The notes under the pieces were generated by a model. The model had not been told where the DNA came from. It made no database searches and saw only the letters and a list, made by a program, of their open reading frames with translations. This document shows positions 17,491 through 22,574 of a DNA stretch of 22,574 bases, one piece after another (positions within the stretch are counted from its first letter, which is position 1; every line of letters begins with the position of its first letter). The stretch covers positions 1 to 22,574 of the forward strand of contig JAEOTM010000078.1 of assembly GCA_016839815.1 (NCBI GenBank), given 5' to 3'. Both the position numbers and the translations under genes were made by a program. The DNA is from Candidatus Hodarchaeota archaeon (GTDB lineage: Archaea; Asgardarchaeota; Heimdallarchaeia; Hodarchaeales; Hodarchaeaceae).

Positions 17491-18426
17491 ATGGTAAGTG
17501 AAAAAGACGATATTCGTATCCTTGTAATTGGCGGAACAGGGCATTATGGCCGTCATATTGTTCAAGCGTTAATAAAAAAGAATATTCCTGTACGAGTCCT
17601 TTCAAGAAACAAAAATAAGGCACAATCATTTTTTAATGACCAACAGGCCTTAGAAATTATGGAAGGAAATGTTTTAGATAGCCAAATCTTAGAGAAATGT
17701 ATATCCAAGGTTACAGGTATAATCATTGCTATATCAGCATTCAATCGGAAGACTATTCGTAGATTACGAAAGATAGAACGAGATGCAGTGCTAAAACTAC
17801 TTCACCAAGCATCTCAACAAAAAATTAATCGAGTAGTCTATGTATCAGTTTATGAAAAACCTCTCCCAGATGTTCCAATGAAGACTGGGAAAATCAAGTA
17901 CGAGGTTGAAGAAGCGTTGGAGAAATCCTCATTCGATTATACAATTCTGGGAGCACCCCCCTCAATTGAAATCTTTTTTTCTATGATACGTGGAGGAAAG
18001 ATGCGAGTACCAGGAGGAGGGCCATCTTCTCTACCTAATATTTCTCCAATTGATCTTGGTGAAATTGCTGCTCAAGCGATTTTACGATCAAATTTACCCC
18101 AAAAGCGATATCGATTAGCAGGACCGTCAGCACCTTCATTCCCTGAAGCAGCTGCTCGAATTTCAGACGTGGTCGGGAAGGATATATCATTTACAAAAAT
18201 TCCCCTCTTCCCATTGAGAGTAGCTGCAAAAATTGCAGGAGGATTAAGTCTTATTATGCCTTATATTGCTCAATTACTTCCGTTTATCCTCTTACTGAAT
18301 AGTTTTGAATCAGAGATTGCATTACAGGTTGCAGAGGACTATAAAATCCTCCAAGATACCTTCACTTATTCCTCACATACACTTGAAGATCATGCTCAGA
18401 TGTGGATTAACCGAGAAGAAAAGTAG
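17491..18426 (+). CDS. NmrA-like/atypical SDR NAD(P)-binding protein
   Basis: ILVIGGTGHYGRHIV...VRVLSR, RVVYVS, K...EEAL, ISPIDLG and LAGP motifs. Confidence 0.88.
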   Translation: MVSEKDDIRILVIGGTGHYGRHIVQALIKKNIPVRVLSRNKNKAQSFFNDQQALEIMEGNVLDSQILEKCISKVTGIIIAISAFNRKTIRRLRKIERDAVLKLLHQASQQKINRVVYVSVYEKPLPDVPMKTGKIKYEVEEALEKSSFDYTILGAPPSIEIFFSMIRGGKMRVPGGGPSSLPNISPIDLGEIAAQAILRSNLPQKRYRLAGPSAPSFPEAAARISDVVGKDISFTKIPLFPLRVAAKIAGGLSLIMPYIAQLLPFILLLNSFESEIALQVAEDYKILQDTFTYSSHTLEDHAQMWINREEK

Positions 18427-18464
18427 TATACTCGTAATATACATAACATTTGCGGATGGTAAAG

Positions 18465-18695
18465 ATGCAAAATCAAAGAACGTTATTGTTTGTAATCACA
18501 CTTTTGATCAGCATTTTTAGTCTAATTCTATTTTTATTCTTTGATTTTCCTTTTTTGTTTTTCTTTCTTCTCTTTCCACCAATATTCCTTCGTTCTCGAC
18601 CCCCTACTCGTCCTTCCTTAGTATGTAGTACGTGTAATGCCGTTCTACATCCAGAGTGGAGGGTTTGTCCATATTGCGAGACTAAAGTTGCATAA
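18465..18695 (+). CDS. Small membrane protein with C-terminal zinc ribbon
   Basis: Phe/Leu-rich hydrophobic N-terminus, then CSTC-x10-CPYC. Start uncertain (18450, 18456 or 18465). Confidence 0.8.
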   Translation: MQNQRTLLFVITLLISIFSLILFLFFDFPFLFFFLLFPPIFLRSRPPTRPSLVCSTCNAVLHPEWRVCPYCETKVA

Positions 18696-18788
18696 GTTTA
18701 TATATTTCAAAGCATAGCAAACGCATTTGTATTCGTAATTAGAGTTTTCCAAACTCTAACAGAATGGAGAGAACCATGGTGGTTTATA

Positions 18789-20213
18789 GTGATAAAGTGG
18801 TATAAAATCGGAAAAAATCAAAGAAACTTAATTTTGACTTGTATTAATATTTCCTTAATTCTGAGCTTAGTAATGCTGTTTACACCACATTCAATAAGAG
18901 GTGATGAAAATTCTCAGTCATTACAGTATAAGCAAGTGAATTCGAGTGATTTCAAACCATATTACTTTATTGCATTTGGTGATACTAGGTCAGACAAACA
19001 GGGAGGAATTGATGACAATTCTGGATTAGAGGCTCTCGCACCCCTTATTGATGATTTAGTTGAAGAATATAATGTAACATTTATGCTCCATGTAGGTGAT
19101 GTTGTGGAAAATGGGGGTGACCAAGACTGGTGGGATTCTTTTTGGTGGCCTTTAATGGGTGATGGTGCTGAAGATGTCCAAATTTATTATGCTGTCGGGA
19201 ATCATGAATATCAAAGTGAATCTGGGATTTTTGATCTTGATCTGATCACATTCAAAGCTAATGTAGAGAATCCTGGAAATGAGATCTATTTTTCTTTCAA
19301 TTCTCCTCAGAATGATACTCATTTTGTGTTCTTCAATTCTGAGTATCGGGTTAGCCCATTTCCGAATTTTCAGTTTGCAACAAATAATGCTACTTTATGG
19401 GATGAACAGGAGGCTTGGTTAATTCAGGATCTCTCAGAAAATACTATTGAACGTGTAATAGCAGTTTTTCATAGACCAATTTTTGGTGTAAATCCTACAA
19501 AATTTGACGATTATCTTGTCATGGAAGAGTTGTTGCAGGAGATTTTGATCACTGGAGGTGTAGATCAGGTGTTTGTAGGTCATGATCATTATTTCTACCA
19601 CACAGTAAGAGATGGAATTCATAACACCGTAACCGCTGGGGGATGTGTAAATATGATTATGTATGATCCATTTGCCCACTTAGGTTTAGAATCTGACTAT
19701 GGTTTCTCCGAATTTGAATTATGTCTTGTGAAAGCCACTCAAGAAGGTTTCGAAGTTGATGTAATTCATCCCAATGGCTCAATATTGTATGAGTATAATA
19801 TCGAAGAACCGATCCCAGATACTTCTCCCCCTACAGTTTCATCAGCAGCTGATATTGTCATAATAGAGGGAACTCTTGGATATTCTATTACATGGAGTGC
19901 CTCAGATGCCAACCCAGGACAGTATACAATTTCCCAAGATGGGGTGGAAGTCGATTCTGGATCATGGGTTACTGGAACACCAATAAGCTATTCGTTAGAT
20001 GGCTTAGAAATAGGAGATTATGTATTTAATCTACTGGTTCAGGATTTATCAGGGAATAGTGTCTCTGATACTGTTTTGGTGAGTGTGAAGGCATATATAT
20101 CAGAAATCCCTACTTCTTCAACAACAACTACAACAGAGCAAACTACAGTTTTTTCATTAATACTACTTGGTTTGATCCCTTTAATGTATTATAGAAAGAA
20201 GAGAACAGGATAG
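18789..20213 (+). CDS. Extracellular calcineurin-like metallophosphoesterase (purple acid phosphatase-like) with Ig-like domain and C-terminal anchor
   Basis: FGDTR, VGDVV, GNHE, VFH and GHDH motifs. N-terminal signal helix, DTSPP Ig-like domain, Thr-rich linker, TM and RKKR tail. Confidence 0.9.
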   Translation: MIKWYKIGKNQRNLILTCINISLILSLVMLFTPHSIRGDENSQSLQYKQVNSSDFKPYYFIAFGDTRSDKQGGIDDNSGLEALAPLIDDLVEEYNVTFMLHVGDVVENGGDQDWWDSFWWPLMGDGAEDVQIYYAVGNHEYQSESGIFDLDLITFKANVENPGNEIYFSFNSPQNDTHFVFFNSEYRVSPFPNFQFATNNATLWDEQEAWLIQDLSENTIERVIAVFHRPIFGVNPTKFDDYLVMEELLQEILITGGVDQVFVGHDHYFYHTVRDGIHNTVTAGGCVNMIMYDPFAHLGLESDYGFSEFELCLVKATQEGFEVDVIHPNGSILYEYNIEEPIPDTSPPTVSSAADIVIIEGTLGYSITWSASDANPGQYTISQDGVEVDSGSWVTGTPISYSLDGLEIGDYVFNLLVQDLSGNSVSDTVLVSVKAYISEIPTSSTTTTTEQTTVFSLILLGLIPLMYYRKKRTG

Positions 20214-20250
20214 CTGAATCCACTTAGAATATGACGTAAGAGTGGTTCAG
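20214..20250. terminator. Imperfect hairpin between convergent genes
   Basis: CTGAA(T)CCACT...AGTGGTTCAG pair with a one-base bulge and span the whole gap between the two stop codons. No U-tract. Confidence 0.25.
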
Positions 20251-22574
20251 TGCGTAAGAATGTCTTCCTCTAAAATCGAACTTAATGTTTGAAGAAATTG
20301 ATTGGCATTTTCTTTGGTAAATACTAGAGGGGGTTTAATTTTTATAACATTATGCAAAGGACCATCAATACTAACCAGAATTCCCTTCTCTTTCATTCGT
20401 TCAACAATATAGGTTGCTTGAGCTGAAGCCGGTTCAAGAGTATCATGGTCTAATACGAGTTCAATTCCTAGAAACAATCCTAATCCTCTTACATCCCCGA
20501 TTAGTGAAAATTTATTCATCAGCTCTATCAGACCATTTTTCAGATATGTACCGACATCTAAAGCTTTATTCTGAAGGTCTTCTTTTTCCATAACATCTAA
20601 TACAGCCATACCAACTGCACAAGAGACCGGATTACCACCAAAAGTGTTAAAGAATTCCATTCCAGTATCGAAGGATTGAGCAATTTCAGGTGTAGTGACA
20701 ACTGCAGCAAGCGGGTGGCCATTTCCTATAGGTTTACCCATGGTGACAATATCAGGAATTACATTTTGACTCTGAAATCCCCAGAAATGAGTTCCGATTC
20801 TTCCAAAACCGACTTGAACCTCATCCACGATACAGATTCCTCCCTTCTCTCGTACATAAGTGAAAACATTTGCTAAGTAATCATCTGGGAGGACAATCTG
20901 ACCTCCACATCCAAGTACTGGTTCACACATAAATGCAGCAACAGATTTTTTCTCTTTCTCTAGTTTATCGAGAATTTCCCTTACATCCTCTGCATATCTT
21001 TTGCCCGCAACCGTATCATCAATTTTATACCTTCCTCGATAAATATCGGGCATAGGAACCTTATGCACATATGGAGGAGCTCCTTTTCCTCCTGGGCCAT
21101 CGAATTTGTATGGACTGATATTGATAAGCTCACCTGTATTCCCATGATATGCATTATCAATAATTAGAATATCGTGTCTGTTTGTATGTGCTCGAGCTAA
21201 CCTTAAAGCAAGTTCGTTTGCTTCACTACCACTGTTAACGAAAAAACACACTCTTAAGGGTTCAGGTAAAGTGGCACACAATCGTTCTGCATATTTTACT
21301 AGATTATCGTGCAAATATCGGGTATTAGTATTGAGTACTGCTGCTTGTTTCTGCATTGCTCTTACAACTATAGGATGGCAATGTCCCACATGAGGCACAT
21401 TATTTACTGCATCAAGATAATTTTGTCCTGTATGGTCATATAAATATTGTTTATACCCTCGGACAATTTTGAGGGGAGAGCTATAGGCTATACTCAAAGA
21501 CTTACTAATGCTCTTTGCTCTAGTACTTAAAATAGCTTTAGTAGTTAAAGTATCCTCAGGATATGAGGTCTTAGGAACTTTTACTATTAAATTAGGATCC
21601 GGACATAAATTTAACCATAATTCTCTATGCTGTTCATCAATTACTCCTGGATATGTATCTGAATAATTAAACATATGCGTAATTAGCTGAAAGTGAAGAT
21701 GAGGGGGCCAATTTCCGTTCACTTGAAACTCTCCTACATACCCTAAAAGCTCCCCTGGTTTCATTTCTCGGCCTTTATACATACCTTTAAGCGATTCTCG
21801 CGATAAATGTCCGTAAAGAGTGTAAAACTTAATATTCTCTTCCTCGATTGAGTGTTCCAAGATTATTGTGGGTCCGTAATCAAGAGACGTTGAATTATCA
21901 ACAAACGAGTAAACTTTTCCTGAAAGAGGTGTATAGATAGGTGTTTGACTATAAGTAAAGATGTCTAGTCCAAGATGAATTGTTCGGTTCTTCACTCTCT
22001 CATTACTCTCAACTTCAAACTCCCTTCTTAGATACTGAAATCTTGCTTCATTATATTTTCCAATGGCCACTTTAACTTCTGCCTGCTTCATTTTCTCAAA
22101 TATCAGTTTCTCAAGAGATTTATTATCGAGAAAGTTGTTTAAGGTTGAATAGTCGGTTGAATCGACACTTAAATCAAGGAATATATACGGGATTTTTTCA
22201 AAACTCTGGTTTAAAATAGGATATATTTGCTCTGAAGTAGTTTGTAACCAATGTGAAACCTTTTGTCCGTTTTTATCTGGTGCTAAACCACAGGTCTGAC
22301 GAAATGCACAGTGAGCGAATTCAGGATGGGTGTGCTGTAGAATTTTTAATGTATTCCAGGCTGATGCTTCTGAAATTCGAAGATATTTGTTTTCTGGTTC
22401 AAGAGACTGCTGATACGCAGAAATACACACACTTAATGCCAATCGTGCACATACAAGAATATACAATACCTGAAGTTCTTCCTCCTTTAGAGGAAAAATT
22501 GAATTATACCCTCTAACCACACTCATGGCTGCCGTAAGAGGATCAGGCTTATTTAGAATAGCATACGCAATTCC
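20247..22574 (-). CDS. 5'-truncated fusion: APH/hydroxylysine-kinase-like C-lobe, M23 peptidase-like domain, class-III PLP aminotransferase/phospho-lyase (AGXT2L-like)
   Basis: The frame stays open to the window edge (GIAYAILNKPDPLTAA precedes the track's Met). Kinase C-lobe GYNSIFPLKEEE. M23 motifs HLGLD, YGHLS and PHLHFQ. AT-III motifs NNVPHVGH, NSGSEAN, AYHG, DEVQVGFGR, GKPIGNG and NTFGGNP. Confidence 0.9.
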   Translation of the reverse strand, partial: GIAYAILNKPDPLTAAMSVVRGYNSIFPLKEEELQVLYILVCARLALSVCISAYQQSLEPENKYLRISEASAWNTLKILQHTHPEFAHCAFRQTCGLAPDKNGQKVSHWLQTTSEQIYPILNQSFEKIPYIFLDLSVDSTDYSTLNNFLDNKSLEKLIFEKMKQAEVKVAIGKYNEARFQYLRREFEVESNERVKNRTIHLGLDIFTYSQTPIYTPLSGKVYSFVDNSTSLDYGPTIILEHSIEEENIKFYTLYGHLSRESLKGMYKGREMKPGELLGYVGEFQVNGNWPPHLHFQLITHMFNYSDTYPGVIDEQHRELWLNLCPDPNLIVKVPKTSYPEDTLTTKAILSTRAKSISKSLSIAYSSPLKIVRGYKQYLYDHTGQNYLDAVNNVPHVGHCHPIVVRAMQKQAAVLNTNTRYLHDNLVKYAERLCATLPEPLRVCFFVNSGSEANELALRLARAHTNRHDILIIDNAYHGNTGELINISPYKFDGPGGKGAPPYVHKVPMPDIYRGRYKIDDTVAGKRYAEDVREILDKLEKEKKSVAAFMCEPVLGCGGQIVLPDDYLANVFTYVREKGGICIVDEVQVGFGRIGTHFWGFQSQNVIPDIVTMGKPIGNGHPLAAVVTTPEIAQSFDTGMEFFNTFGGNPVSCAVGMAVLDVMEKEDLQNKALDVGTYLKNGLIELMNKFSLIGDVRGLGLFLGIELVLDHDTLEPASAQATYIVERMKEKGILVSIDGPLHNVIKIKPPLVFTKENANQFLQTLSSILEEDILTH

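Noticed and set aside
20110-20150. ACA-rich short tandem repeat
   Set aside because: It simply encodes the Ser/Thr linker of the phosphoesterase.
20247-21560. AT-III domain as the AEP transaminase of the phosphonate pathway
   Set aside because: AepZ/PhnW are class V enzymes. This domain is class III, fused to other domains and about 14 kb away.
17562-22516. ORFs at 17562-17744, 18305-18520, 19434-19679, 20676-20876 and 22253-22516
   Set aside because: They overlap stronger genes in another frame or strand.

Overview
AT-rich, gene-dense window that looks archaeal. An Asgard/Heimdallarchaeia-like origin is inferred from protein types only: C-terminally anchored Ig-repeat glycoproteins, an orphan 7TM protein, a Ste24-like protease and a Zn-ribbon membrane protein. 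The main feature is a tightly coupled minus-strand phosphonate biosynthesis operon (6581->2278): CyTase-PepM fusion, phosphonopyruvate decarboxylase, a LicC/PntC-like nucleotidyltransferase and an Fe-ADH phosphonoacetaldehyde reductase. It is predicted to make 2-hydroxyethylphosphonate (HEP) and CMP-HEP. A CDP-alcohol phosphotransferase lies just downstream (beyond a Ste24 gene), which suggests an HEP-phosphonolipid or phosphonoglycan. Upstream sit an RHH regulator and a GPCR-like 7TM gene, overlapping, with palindromic boxes in their promoter. A divergent 7-gene operon encodes a sequon-rich surface protein, an RDD protein, a LolCDE/MacB-type ABC system with two different ATPases, TlpA and CcdA. 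The rest of the window holds an orphan PD-(D/E)XK nuclease, an NmrA-like oxidoreductase, a Zn-ribbon protein, an anchored metallophosphoesterase and a 5'-truncated kinase/M23/class-III aminotransferase fusion. No RNA genes, CRISPR arrays or mobile elements were recognised.
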